DNA of 60,736 bases, counting the filler, from Basidiobolus ranarum (Eukaryota): NCBI GenBank assembly GCA_040143965.1. It is 14 parts of 14 records of this genome, joined end to end, with 100 filler letters (N's around TTAATTAATTAA, not from the genome) between each part and the next. Parts side by side here need not be neighbours in the genome. Positions count along the whole stretch, not along the records: positions 39,144 to 43,384 come from JASJQH010008930.1; positions 43,485 to 47,725 come from JASJQH010008931.1; positions 47,826 to 52,064 come from JASJQH010008932.1; positions 52,165 to 56,401 come from JASJQH010008933.1; 10 more parts are not named here. One strand, given 5' to 3'. The position numbers and the translations under genes are program-made. The notes below the pieces were generated by a model that had not been told where the DNA came from, ran no database searches, and worked only from the letters and a program-made list of their open reading frames with translations. Below, piece after piece: positions 39,171 through 52,528 of the stretch. Numbering within the stretch: the first letter of the stretch is position 1; each line of letters begins with the position of its first letter.

Positions 39171-40036
39171 CTCCTAGCTGCCTTTTTGTATGATATTCTA
39201 ATACCCTGTAGTTTTAAGAATATTGGATATTTCGCATCGGTATTAGACTCCAATATATTTAGACAATAAATTACTTTCATTTTGTATACTTCGTATGATA
39301 TAGTAGATATAAATCTTATTCTAGTCTTTAGCATCAATTACTTAGTTGGTCAGTTCAATACTCGTGTTCTTTTTCAGATTGAAGATAAAATATTTTCCCA
39401 CTTTTTCGCAACTAATATAAACTTTTTTATCTGAGGATGTTATAAGATAACACCCAGAATGAAAAACTTATCAAACAAGTTGGTCAACAGGATATCCTAT
39501 AGCTAAAAACTAAGAGAACTGAATTCTGTGACTTGGCATGTATATAAACAAGTCCTAGTCAATTTTTACTCTAACAATAAGATACGCACTATGTTAATCT
39601 CTAGCTTCATACTTTATTCCAAGTGAATATTTATCGAGAATGAAGCCATGACATAATGTAAAATTTCTGAATTTATCACAAAGTTACATAGGGGAGTATA
39701 CCATTTGCATTTGTTGATTTGTTCTTATTCCTGCTGGCTATATCGTTCATTTACAAATGTACACTTTTGCTATTAAAATATGGAATTCATACTTCAGCAA
39801 TTTAATCAGGATTAGGAAATATTTCTGTGAGAACAATGCTGTTAATATCCTGAGCTTTGGTGTTCAATTTGCATTCGTCTGCATACGATGGTTTCTATAT
39901 AAAGTGAGATCTGATTGATTAGTTGAAGTATTAAACTCTCTTTCATCGGCTCTCTATCATAGGACTCGAATTGTTCGGCTCCACCGACCATAGCAACTCG
40001 CGTCAAAGCCCTCATCAAATATATTCCAACCTCAAA

Positions 40037-41251
40037 ATGTACCTATCTTCCATTCAGTTGTTATTTTTTCTTTCTGCTGCCTCATTGGGCTCAGGAGCTA
40101 GTGTTGCCGAGAGAGCTTACTCACCTGCTCACAGTGGTGACCACTATGGGTTAAGAAACGATTGGAACAATATAAATCGCTCTGAATGGAGAGAAGACGA
40201 TGAATATGACAGCCGTCGTGATAGCAATGATTACAGACGCGACAATAGCTATCCACATGATTACGATTTTGATCATGGTGACTATGAACCGGGTGACAAC
40301 AGACACGAAGATCATCACGATAATTACAGAAATGCTTCTCATCATGATGAAGAGGATTGGGATAATGATAATAATAATGAAGGCAGTAGCAAAGGTAGGG
40401 ACAACTACTATAATAACAATGTCCCATCTGGAGGGAATCTTAGTGTAGGGAACGGATCATCGAACTCTGGCCCACCAGCTAGTGGAGGTGGCGGGGTGCC
40501 TAGCAGTCAAGAAAATGTTGATCCAGCGGCTGGAAATGACTCTGGTGAAACGGCAGGAAGTAAGGAGACCATGAAACCAGGAAACTTACCAGCTGGAGAT
40601 GCGACGAATATTCATGAGGATGATGACTGCCATAGAAATCTTGTCGATGGGCGTCTAAACGTACTCGACATCAAAGCTAAAGTTTGCCTTGGCTTAGATT
40701 TGGCTGGTAATATCCTCAATAATGACAGAGATACATCCTCTCCGGGAACTCCCAGTGGCCTCACTGAAGGATCGCCAAGTGGTGTTCCTTCGGGTACATT
40801 CAATGGCTTACCTGGAGGTTCAGCAGGTGATGCTACCCCTAATGGTTCTAACATTCCTAAAACACCAGGAGCAGCTGCTGGAGATACTGACAGCTTGGCA
40901 AGTGGTACACCTGGAGCTCCTAGTCCCCCAGGCAACCTCAGTAACCCACTCAACCGAGGTGGAGAGTCATCCGACACACACTCTGGTCATTGCAAAGATA
41001 TTGCTGTCAAAGTTCGTCAATTGTTGGGAATCAATGCCGATGCTGTTGTGTGCCTTGATAGGCTGATTAGAGTTGATACTCACGATGACTCCAGCAGTAG
41101 TCTAGATGATCTTTTGCCTGGAGTGTTAACTGGTGGTAACCACCTAAAGCAGCGACGCACGAACTGTGAGGTAATTAAGGCGCATGCTGACATACTTGGA
41201 ATCAAAGTGGATGCTATCATCTGTTTACCTGAGATTGTGATAAGATTATAG
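40037..41251 (+). CDS. Secreted low-complexity protein (D/H/R/Y-rich, then G/S/P-rich) with three Cys-pair hydrophobic motifs
   Basis: ATG at 40037 with signal peptide MYLSSIQLLFFLSAASLGSGA; TATATAAA near 39896; 404 codons; paralogs on both sides. Confidence 0.88.
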   Translation: MYLSSIQLLFFLSAASLGSGASVAERAYSPAHSGDHYGLRNDWNNINRSEWREDDEYDSRRDSNDYRRDNSYPHDYDFDHGDYEPGDNRHEDHHDNYRNASHHDEEDWDNDNNNEGSSKGRDNYYNNNVPSGGNLSVGNGSSNSGPPASGGGGVPSSQENVDPAAGNDSGETAGSKETMKPGNLPAGDATNIHEDDDCHRNLVDGRLNVLDIKAKVCLGLDLAGNILNNDRDTSSPGTPSGLTEGSPSGVPSGTFNGLPGGSAGDATPNGSNIPKTPGAAAGDTDSLASGTPGAPSPPGNLSNPLNRGGESSDTHSGHCKDIAVKVRQLLGINADAVVCLDRLIRVDTHDDSSSSLDDLLPGVLTGGNHLKQRRTNCEVIKAHADILGIKVDAIICLPEIVIRL

Positions 41252-41449
41252 CCGAAGTTACCCGTCATAAGATTTCTTTTATACCCTTTTGGTTTTAACA
41301 TTTACTTTTAATATTTTGATTAGACTCTTTGATTCACGTATACTAGAAAAATAAATAATCTGCAATTGCACGTTACTCTTAAGCATTGCTCTCTTGAAAT
41401 CATCCAGTCAGATATATTAAATTAGTGACCATATAACACCTTTAAATAG

Positions 41450-41833
41450 GGAAAATGATGGTCCTGTTGACACAGTCGGAAACAAGAAGATCACGAAACC
41501 TTGAAGCTCACCAGCTGCAGAGCAGGTGAACATTCGCAAAGAGAATGACGTACAGAAATCTTCATAGGCGAATAAATACCCTTAACACTAAAACAAAAGA
41601 TTCCCTTGTCTTGGATTTAGCGAGTAGAATTCTCAATAATTTCCGAAGTACAATATCTCCCGGGGTTCTCATCCGCATTAGCACACCTGAAAGCCCTGGT
41701 TACGATACCAAGTGTATTAGATTGTGGTGCTCACGAAAAACACCGATGGGAGAACTATCAGATGATTGAAGCGCATATTGATATACTTGGGGATGCAGCT
41801 GTATTTCTACTTGCGATTATGATTAGACTGTAG
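41450..41833 (+). pseudogene. Decayed partial copy of the 40037-41251 gene
   Basis: DNA similarity to 40530-40750 and to the 3' end (IEAHIDILG...IRL*), with frameshifts. Confidence 0.7.
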
Positions 41834-42387
41834 TTTTTTTGAGTGATCCTCTATACCCCCCCCCAATGAGTTTAATCATTAATAGCAATCAGTATATAGC
41901 TGATTATGGCAAAATAAATCACTAGCTATATGTACTGATGGATTTCTCTGATTATTGGTATACAGTAAATATTGTTCATGGCCCTTCCGGATACTAATGG
42001 AGCACTACCCATGGTGATATCTCTTGTCAAAGGATCAGCACTAGCTTCTATGAACTTGAGCATTGAATTTAATTTGAATTATTTAAATGCTGCTCTTTTG
42101 GTGTGAGGATGCACAGCATGTGCCTACGAAATCAGGTCGGATTTAGGAAATTTACCAATCGAAATAATAGTAATTCCCATCAGTAATTCCGTGGCTACTT
42201 GACATACACCTGCATTACCCATTTTATATATATATTCATAATAACCATCTAGGTGTCAAGTATCAAATTTTCATTCATCAGTTCTCTGTCCCAAGAAAAT
42301 TGTGTTTAGTGGTAGACCGTTTCTTGTTTCATTTCATCTACACATAGCAATTAGCATTAAGCATCATATCGAGTTAATAAGTACAAA

Positions 42388-43384
42388 ATGCACCTTTCTT
42401 CCGTTCAATTATTGTTTATTCTCTCTGCAGCTTCCGTAATCTCAGGAGCTAGCGTTGCTGAGAGAGAATACTTCCCTGTCCACAATAGTGACCGCCATAG
42501 ACTAAGAAACGATTGGGACCACAGTAATCGCCCCGGATGGAGAGATGATGATGATGAATATGATAATCGTCACGATGATAGTGATTACAGGCGCATTAGT
42601 AACTATCGTCATGATAAAGATAATGACAACGAACCTGAAAACTATAGACACGTAAATCGCCACGATGAAAATAGAAGTGAATATGATCGTAATAAGAAGG
42701 ATTCGGATCGTGAACGTGATCATGACTACAGAAATGACACAAACCATGATAAAGATGATGAGTACAGAGATGAACACAGAAAGCCCAATACTGGGGGTGA
42801 CAGTGGCTCACCAAACAACCATGATAGTGACAATCCCTCTAGAGATGGTGACCCGAAAGATACGCCTGGAAAAAAGGGAGGTACACCAAGTGGAAAAGAA
42901 ATGGACACTCCAGACCATGGAGGTGACGTTCCTGACCGAATTCCTGGTGGTATAAATGAGAGCTTCCCAAAAGATATTCCCGGTCGTATACCTGGTGACC
43001 TACCAAATGGCTTCCCTGGTCGTATTCCGGGTGGCGTACCGGGTGACCCACCAAATGGCTTCCCTGGTCGCATTCCAGGTGGCCTACCTGGTGACTTACC
43101 AAAAGATTTCCCTGATCGTATACCTGGTGATTTACCAAATGGCTTCCCAGGCCGCATCCCAGGTGGCTTACCTGATGACTTACCAAAAGATTTCCCTAGT
43201 CGTATTCCAGGTGGCTTACCCGGTGATCTACCAAATGGCTTTCCTGGTCGCATCCCAGGTGGCCTACCCGGCAACTTACCAAAAGATTTCCCTGGTCGTA
43301 TTCCAGGTGGCCTTCCTGGTGACCTACCAAATGGCTTCCCTGGTCGCATCCCAGGTGGCCTACCTGGTGACTTACCAAAAGATT
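42388..43384 (+). CDS. Secreted paralog with D/H/R-rich region and Pro/Gly tandem repeat; 3'-truncated by the contig end
   Basis: MHLSSVQLLFILSAASVISGASVAERE...LRNDW matches the 40037 paralog; the frame stays open to the contig edge. Confidence 0.88.
42930..43384 (+). repeat. Coding minisatellite, 48-nt unit GRIPGGLPGDLP(NG/KD)FP with some 36-nt variants
   Basis: About ten units visible in the translation, with synonymous variation between units. Confidence 0.93.
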
Positions 43385-45139
43385 NNNNNNNNNNNNNNNN
43401 NNNNNNNNNNNNNNNNNNNNNNNNNNNNTTAATTAATTAANNNNNNNNNNNNNNNNNNNNNNNNNNNNNNNNNNNNNNNNNNNNACTGCAGAACATCACA
43501 ATACTAGCGATCATTACACAGAATACAGTGTATGAAGGGTAGTTGACGTTGCGAGAGTCATGTGGACTCGCAACCTGAGTAGAATCTTGTTTAATTTCAC
43601 CCATTTGTAGAAGCAAAGATTAAGCGTTGGAATTGTTTTTATTGTTCAAACTTTGAGAGCTTGGTCCTTATAAGCAAAAGGTTGAGGTGAATCATTTACC
43701 ATTGAATCCAGGCGCCTCATCAGCACCCTATCCAAAGAAGGATCTTTGTGACGGTGGTTATAAGCCTTTTCGTCATAAGCAATGGTCCTTCCTCTTACTC
43801 CATCTTTCTTACCCCCCTGCGTACGTGCAAATCATGGCATACCATATGCATACTATTTCAGCCAACTGTGTTAGTGGTGAACGACCAAAATACTCCAATA
43901 ATTAGCACTAGCCACATTGTTGGAGTGCCACTCAAATCCGCAAATCAAACTGATTCTATATTTGAGATGAATTGAGAAGAATCTATACTTTGTTGGAAAA
44001 TTAATTTCCTATATTCTGGTATCGATCATGTCTAGATCAATCAATCCTACTTACTGGAATAATGGAATCCGTTGTTTTTTCAAAGCCCGCATTTATCTAA
44101 ATCAAGTATTGTTTTAGACTAATGTTACTGAGTACTTGAGGAACGCTTTACATCCACAAGTCATTACTTTCCCCTAAGTGGAGAGTAACCACCAAGTAAC
44201 CCTAGCGATGGTGATAACGGTAGCGATAATCTTGAATACGAATACCTAACAGTTGCTTCAACCGATAATTTGTACAAATACGCTATTATTACGCTAGTGT
44301 TCCAGATACCCTAACATTAAGCCAAAATGCCTCAACACACTAATGTTCCAACTGGTATTGACAGTGATCAGTATATGGTGGCAAGTAAATGCTACGATTT
44401 CATTGTGATCCCATATATTGACTTATTGAATTAAATCTCGATAATTGATGGTTGATGCTAATCTGATACAGTTAATTAGTTAATCGATCAATTATGGAAA
44501 GATCGATAATACTTGGCACATGCTTCTGTAGGGTTAGTTTCCTTTCTCATATAAATGTAAATTCCTAGTACTTCCGAAACTTGTGAAAGAAATACGAAAT
44601 TTTGAAGAAGTAATATTCTAAAGAGTTTCATATAACTATGACCTCTTCTAGAACGCACTTTGATATTGAAATATTTCGATCAAACATCGTGTATCACGCT
44701 TATCATATTTAAAGTACTTAAAGTGTTTCTAATATATATTTTCGGAATCTTTTTTGCTAACAAACTTGGTCATATATTCCTGAACATATGCCTACATATT
44801 ATTGTAAAATCATCATTCATTTATTAAGCCTAATTTCGGTGTGGTAACTGATTCTGAACTCTACAAATATTGAGCAAATCTTATGCTAATCTACTTCTAG
44901 TTTCTTACCTTGATCTTATTAAAATATTTAAGTTTAATACACAATAAATGTTATACTCTTTTGCTTAGCATAAATGTCGAGTTTCTACTAAATTCTCTCT
45001 AAGTCATAATTTTGACATCTTTTTTGCCAAGTCGCAGTGACCATTAAGCTTATTTGATTACCCTAACTGTCTCCTCCACTTCCAACTTCTTTAGCACACT
45101 ATTGTTGCGAATATTAAAATAATTGAACATTTATAATTC

Positions 45140-46500
45140 AGTATTCAGTTGACATTAGTAATTTTGTCAAGATGTAAGCAAACTAACATGCCGAGTGTGT
45201 TAAGGAAGGTCCCAGAAGCATGTGTGCAAAGTTTGGGGCTACTATCACAAGTTTGAAAAATCTATATACCTGAGAACTTCTTAGTTGGTGTCAATATTCC
45301 AAGTAAATTCCTGATGAGAATAATGGGTAATATCTTGGTGAAATATAAGATAACTAAGTTTTAAGCTATATATTACTATGAAGGTGTTTAGGCACCACTA
45401 ACTTCAACAAAGCCAATCTATATAAATCATATGTTATGCACCAACATTTAAACTTGCAAAACATATTTCTTAATGCCTAACCTACATAATTCTTCAATTA
45501 TCTGAAATCCAAGCTCATTACATTATGTGACCAGCCCATCTTATCTCACACTTGGCAATCAATAATACTATTAAAAGTCAACTTCTTCTATCACTCTTCT
45601 ATGACATCTATTTGTCATCAGATTTCCAAGCTCATATGTTTATTTGCCTTTTTTTTGTTCCATATTCATCAAAGACAATATCCTTGGACTTGATTAACTT
45701 TGAAACAATGATATTGTGGTGCTTGAAAGCTTTGGATTGAGCGTAATAACCTAAAAGAGGCATTTCTTACTTTTTGGCTCTGTGTGGTCATAATTTTGAT
45801 GCAAGTAGTGAGTACAAATAGTCATAAGTGTTTTATATGAAGTTTAACTCCACACCATGCTTGATATGGTGTTGAGTTATGCAGACGTCTGCTAAAACCT
45901 CAATTTTCCATATATTTTGCTGTAGAAACATATTTTACCCACATATTATGACATGACTTATGCTTATTTATGCTACTTCTTGCCATTTCATGTATGGTCC
46001 TGTTTGCTATTGCAGTATTCTCACTTGGTTGAGACAAATACAGTGTAATGGTATGTTTCATAAATCCATACACTTTACAAAAGTACTTCACCCTTATCAG
46101 AGAAAATTTCTTGATTATAATTCCAGTTGCAATCCTCCCAGTTGTTTTAGAAATACTGAAGATAGAGAAAGCGTCATTCCTTTCTTTAAAGTAGCCCTAT
46201 GTATATCTTACATAATGGTCTATAGAAGTGCTCAAATATCTGTTTCTGCCAAAAGAGAAATAATGCCTAGGGCCACTTTAATCCTACAGAAATATATCCA
46301 GCTTTAGACCTAATTTAATTAGGCCAAAGCTGTTGAATGGTTAATTGGCTGTTCTTCTTTATATGTAACCTTTAAAAGCTATATGTTGGTTGGGAGATTA
46401 ATTTGGTTGTCAGGAATTTGGAAATGTTTGATCATTTTACTCAAATAATATGGTCATATCTCTTGATCATAATGCAATAGCTTTTTCCTTGAAGTAACTT
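45140..46500 (-). mobile_element. Decayed copia integrase region and family-A LTR (45409-45140), reverse strand
   Basis: Reverse complement of LTR A. Integrase-like AIANRTIHEMARS and STPYQAWCGVK on the minus strand. Confidence 0.75.
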
Positions 46501-47298
46501 GTATTTACACATCCCAAAAGTTAAATAATTCCCATTTTGCTCAGTCATAATGGGTTTGTCTCATAGTTTTGACTACAAACATTTTGTACTAAACTTATTT
46601 TCCCACTTGTGGATTGATATAACCATGATTATTGAGCACCTTTACAATATGAATGATAGTCCATGCCCTTCGATACTTTCTGGTTAGGCCCTACAATAAA
46701 AGTCAATTAGGGTGGTGCACAATAGTCACGAATGATATAATATGATATGATGACATGTAATTTGCCGCTCACTTGCATTTAGAGTTAGGGTTAAGAAAGT
46801 TACTTTCGAAATGCACTAAAGAAAAGATCTCTATTACCTTCTCTCGATTTTCCATGATGAATAAATATATACTTGAGTGTGAATAAATGGTTTTCTGGAT
46901 GATAAAAAAACTATCTAGATATATAAATTGAGGACGTTACCAAAATTTCGGGTTTAACATTGGATCAAGCAGTGGATGTTTAAAACGGAATTTGATTTAT
47001 TATATAACTGCACAGTAACTCGCACTCGAACCAGTATTTCTCTCTTTTTTAGTGGTTTTTGGGTATAGGGACTCTCGTGTATTTGACCTTACCCTCGTTA
47101 TCCTATCTTTTGGACTTGGCAAAAAACGAAACAAAGTACATAATATAACTAGCAGCCAATTCTCAAAAAAGTTAAAGATGATTTTTAGATGCAAAAAGGA
47201 TATGTGAAAATGAGCTTTCAAGTTAGTGGTTAATAGATAGGACTAATGTGAAACTGAATAGAACTGAGATAAATACAAATTATTCAAGGGTTATGTTT

Positions 47299-47725
47299 TC
47301 AAGTAGAGCGTTGATTCAAGAATTGTGACCATTCGGCATGTTCCTGTTCTTTACTACATCTTTCAAATCTCATCCCATTTTCTCCTTTGACAAGGCGCAC
47401 GATCTTGCCAAATGCTCGAAAACGAATGATTTGCCCTGGAACAGCAGGGAATAGGCGATCTTGGATGGTAACACGTACAAAGCAGCACAGAATTAGTCCC
47501 ACCACCACAAATGCCAAAATCCAATACACGTTTGTCGAGTAGAGAATTGGACTCTTGGGGCCATGAGTGTCTTTCAGTGATTGGAACACGGCAGTGAAGA
47601 CCAATCCACCTCCAACACCAGCAATAGACCAAGCGGTAAGAATGATGCCGTGGCAGGCTCCAATATTAGTAGGTCCGTACATATCAGCCAAGAATGCGGG
47701 AATAACTCCGAAACCTCCACCATAG
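47299..47725 (-). CDS. MFS transporter, OFA (oxalate:formate antiporter)-like, 3' end
   Basis: YGGGFGVIPAFLADMYGPTNIGACHGIILTAWSIAGVGG; the 5' part lies beyond the contig edge. Confidence 0.85.
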
Positions 47726-47864
47726 NNNNNNNNNNNNNNNNNNNNNNNNNNNNNNNNNNNNNNNNNNNNTTAATTAATTAANNNNNNNNNNNNNNNNNNN
47801 NNNNNNNNNNNNNNNNNNNNNNNNNATTAGTATTAGTGTATATGACTATTTAGTTGAGGGAGAG

Positions 47865-48212
47865 TGTTGAAATTAGCATTGCCTAAACACCTATATAGTC
47901 ATATATAGCTTAGTACTTAGTTATCTTATGTTTCACTAAGACATTATCCATTATTCTCAATTGAAATTTACTTAGAATATATTTACCAACTTAGAAGTTC
48001 TCAGTTATATAGATTTTTCAGACTTGTGCTAGAAGCCCCAAACTTTGTACACATGTTTCTGGGACCTCCTTTAATACATTTTACCCATTAGTTTGCTTAC
48101 ATCATGACAAAACTATAAATGTCAACTGAATACTCAATAAATCAATAAGTGAAAACCACCAATTCCTCTAATTCTCTAAACCACTTCCAACAGGCTCCCA
48201 AATACTTCAACA
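47865..48212 (+). mobile_element. Complete family-A copia 3' LTR (348 bp) preceded by PPT
   Basis: GAGGGAGAG, then TGTTGAA...TTCAACA inverted termini with an internal AATAAA. More LTR fragments continue to about 48533. Confidence 0.93.
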
Positions 48213-51200
48213 ATATATATGTATGAGTAAGTTCCTCTTCAGGTGATATCTTAGTTCAATATGAAGTTACTAAATACCAAGCTATATATGACTATATAGG
48301 TGTTTAGGTTATGCTTACTTCATCAGAATAAAAGTACATTATCCAACAAGTATTGTGACCAACTTGAAAGTTCTCCAACTATATGGTTTTCTCAAACTTC
48401 TACTTTACATGTTAGTTTATCTACTTCATGACAAAAGAATAAATGTCAACTTGCACTCAAGAAATCAGTAATTGAAGACACCAATTCTTGTAGCTCACAA
48501 ATTACTTCCAACAACTCCCAAAATACTTCAACAAATGGCAATTTAGAGAATCATAGATATTTGCATCAAGTAAATTGTTTCATCATGGCTGCAATTCCAT
48601 TTTTTATAGTCATTGAGAAGTAAGTCTAGCCGGAAATTGATACATCCTAAACTACCTCTCAAGCTTCTTCATTGACTAAAATATTTGTGTTTTCAGCTTA
48701 GGTATCTTACTCTTAAATCTCCCAGATGTCTGCAAAAGTATAAAGGACTATTTAGAAGAATTTGATGTTGCTCTTCTTTATATCAACATAAAGAAATCAA
48801 CAATCATCTTGGCACAACTCTTTTTGTATTAATGGGAGTTTTAGAATCTCTGTGAGCTAAGAACAGGTTGGCAGCGATATATAAGCAATGAAGTATTGTT
48901 GGGATGTATGGATGGCAATTTCAAATGTAGAGTGATTAAGTACATTCTGCTCGAATATTACGCTACAATTTATATTCTTTCACATTGAATTTTGAAAATG
49001 ATTCTTCAGGTTTCTCATCCATCAGCACTTTGCCACAAATGATTTTCCAAATCCTGTATTTTCCATGACTGACTCCAATTATTTTTGATAGAATTGGAAA
49101 TTTGTTGAGTGACTATTAAGGATGTCCAGATGAAATAGGGGGAAACATGCTTTTGAGAGATATTGATTAACTAATCTTACATAAAATACACACTTAAAAG
49201 TAATACTAAGGACAAAGGATGTGTTTGGATTTAGATAATCAGCAAAAGTAAAATGAGCCATTTTGGGATTAATTTAGGCAACTATGAATCTCCAATCTCT
49301 ACTTGGCGTAAATCGGAACAGACATTGAGGTTACATGTGAATTATCCTAGAATTAGCCAAGTGATGTTTAACTAATATTGGTAACCGACTCAGATACGGA
49401 ATAGTTCGATGTAAACAGCAACACTTCCAACATTTTACTCCTTCCAAGATTCTTATAAGTCTAGATTTTCTCAGGAAATATTCACTTTCCTTTTTTGAAA
49501 ACAATGACAAGACTTTGCACTTGACTATTCCTTTCCGCAGTGCAAGGCTTCTGATTATATATACGTATTTCTCTTCGTCATAAACATATTTTGATGTATC
49601 TGTCTCGATTACCGTTGCTCTACTTTCTCGCTGGAAATCGAAGAGTAGATACATTTATTAAACATATTGTTTAATGAGGCATTTGTTGGATTCGAAATAT
49701 TGTAACTGAAACATGTCAGTAATTTGTCAAGTAGCACTGCGGAAATGTCATAGTTATGCATCAATGTGTGGGCATCTGTAATATTCATTGCTGTTTTTCT
49801 AAATGTCTCTACAGTGGAAATCAATCATCTGTTAGTGAATGTAGAGTAAATATCATACTTTTCCAAGCCTTCCCAATATCGTCAAGATCTTTCCGTCAGA
49901 GATTTTTCTTCATTTCTAACTCAATTACAAACACTTCATCTCAACATTATAAACCAACTCAACCATAGAGACCGCGGTTTTCGATAATCATCCATATACA
50001 TAACTGCAGATCATATACTTACAGAATTGGATAATTACCTATGATCTCGTTCTTTCAATCTAAGTAATCTTTCAGCCTTTATAAACCGATCTAGTTGTGC
50101 CAATGGTAAAACCTTACGTCATTGGAGTTACCTTATAAGCTCTTCGATGTTTACTTGATCAGATCCAGCACTATGGGCCAAAGCAGGAAAATCACCATTG
50201 GTATCTCATTTTTTGATGGAAAAATTCAGCTAGTAGATGCTTCATTGTTCTCATAGTTGTAATCGGAAATTTACTCTTAACTAGATATGTTGGCGGAACT
50301 AGTTTCTTGTGCACTATGTAGCTTCAAACTCAATTCGTTTGTAAGCAGATATGTGAAAGTATTTAGTGATATAAGTGAATTCGGTTCTTAACTTTATGTC
50401 TGCATATCCTTATATTATACACCCGTTGTGACAGTAATCTTCTAAATGACATCGTCCAATATTTCCCTAGCTCATATCTCCCAAAAAATACTCTCATTAC
50501 TAAGCTAGACTCTGGTATGGTAATCGTAAGGGTTCCATGCACACTAGAGCGATGAAAGTATGAAAGTTTTAACAAGTACTCCCCTGGTATAGAAAAGATA
50601 TTCTTTAGACAAAGGTTGGTACGAAGCTAAATGGTACAAGTTAACTGGTTATTATCCTATTAAACAACGTATATTGGACTTGGGGCCAAAGTAATGCTCA
50701 GTGACTCACCCGCAAAGCTCCACTTATAAAGTTTACAAAGCAATTGGTGTACTCTATAAGTATTGACGTTTTGAGGGATTTTCAGTTGAACTGAACTGCT
50801 TATTGATTCATAGTTTATCCAAGAACCGTCACACAATATCGCTTAGCCAAAAACTATAGCAGCTCTAAAGAATAGTTGTTAGAACAGGGCAAGTTATCCG
50901 AAGGAGAAACTATCGAATAGAGATGGTATTGAGCCAATCATTGCCTCATCCGTATGCACCTGGTGCCTAAACGTAGTAATCACACAGTGTGGAATTTGAA
51001 TTAGATTAGCTCGTATGACCAATTAACATGTGAAAATGCCATTTGACATTCAGTCTTGGGAAGAAAATTCACCCAGCTACCAAGGTTTACCACTATACAA
51101 AACTCATTAGATCGGAAGATTAAGGCCGGAATCTACTTTTCCATGAGCCCTTCGCCTACTGCGCAGTCTCGTTCGTTTCTTTGTGGAGTGGTACAGGCCT

Positions 51201-51867
51201 TGGATGGCCTCTACCGCTCTTCGGTGACATGAATTGGCTACTTCTTACCCATACACAGATCTATTTGAAATCGAGACATGCTACATGAATAAGGACTTGG
51301 AATGTTGCTAGAAGCCATAAGGTTACATCCGACTTGCCCATTGAAATCAGCAAGTACATGAACTAACTAATTTCATGTATGAATGCAAGAATTCTTGATA
51401 CCCAAACATTGGGAGAACTCGGAAATCACGTGGATAGTTGCATCGATGTCGATCGAGACTGCGCTTTATGATTGAACCTGAAGTGAGTTCCTTTTAGGGA
51501 TGTCAGCCGTCCAAATTTAGAAGGGGTTAAGTTCACTCTGGTATTAGTTAAGAGGGGCCACTTTCTTTACTTCCAAAAATTGCAATTTTCGCTCGATTTT
51601 ACCAATCCTTATTTCCTAATTCCCCCGAAAAAGAAAATTCAATGAAAAAAAGAGAATTTCCATGTTCAATGTTTTTATGGCTCAATCATCACATTAGGTA
51701 ATTGTCTAGTTTTGAGCGGTGTTTGTGGGGTTGCTAAATTAACCTCAGCACACAAGTGTGGATATTTAAAGGGCAGCATTGCAAAGAATACTTCATCTGA
51801 TAATTTCAAGAAACATACTTCTTCTCTTCTACACCGCTTTTCCTTTCGATCTCACACCATTTCTAAA

Positions 51868-52064
51868 ATGTATGATCTTATGAGCCTACCGCATGAGATT
51901 CTTGATCACATTTGTACCCATCTATCAGCTCTCGACTTGGTCCACTTAGCTGGTACCAATCACTACTTTTACAGTCTAGTTTTAAACAGCGACTGCTGGA
52001 GTCATGTAGATTTTTCTTGTGTACCAAAACTGAAAAAAGGAACCGTGGAGGTCTGCGCTTCTCC
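51868..52064 (+). CDS. F-box protein, N-terminal part
   Basis: MYDLMSLPHEILDHICTHLSALDLVHLAGTNHYFYSLV...CWSHVDF fits the F-box consensus; cut by the contig end. Confidence 0.85.
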
Positions 52065-52515
52065 NNNNNNNNNNNNNNNNNNNNNNNNNNNNNNNNNNNN
52101 NNNNNNNNTTAATTAATTAANNNNNNNNNNNNNNNNNNNNNNNNNNNNNNNNNNNNNNNNNNNNAACTAAGAGATATTAGTACTACTGCAAACTAAGAGA
52201 TATTAGTACTACTGCAGCAACATCGAGTCTGAAATATATATTAGCTTAATTAATTCAGGATTAGAAGGTAGGATTAGAATGTATCTTAGTGAAATTCCTG
52301 TTCTCAGCATTTTCCAGGTCAAGTACGCTACCAATATCCATTGTCTCTTCGATTTTCACTGGTAGTACTATTGATGCTATATAATCCTATGTAAACTATA
52401 CTATTCTGAGGATTAGTTGTTATTAATCCGTACTGTAATTACGAATGATAGAAGAAAACTATCGTGAATTCGAAATCCATCGAAATATGGTTAATTCTTT
52501 CTTGGAAAAATATTT

Positions 52516-52528
52516 CAATCCCACAATT
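52516..52528 (+). promoter_or_regulatory. Candidate snRNA-type PSE/USE element CAATCCCACAATT
   Basis: At -68 to -56 from the inferred RNA start, conserved in both copies, and marks the 5' limit of the duplication. Confidence 0.5.

Noticed and set aside
42726-43349. 207-aa antisense ORF and 158-aa alternative-frame ORF over the Pro/Gly repeat
   Set aside because: Shadow frames of a stop-poor repeat.
44230-44410. LysM-like traces (YLTVASTDNLYK)
   Set aside because: Too short and interrupted to support.
52165-52216. Exact 26-bp tandem duplication
   Set aside because: At the contig edge; likely an assembly artefact.
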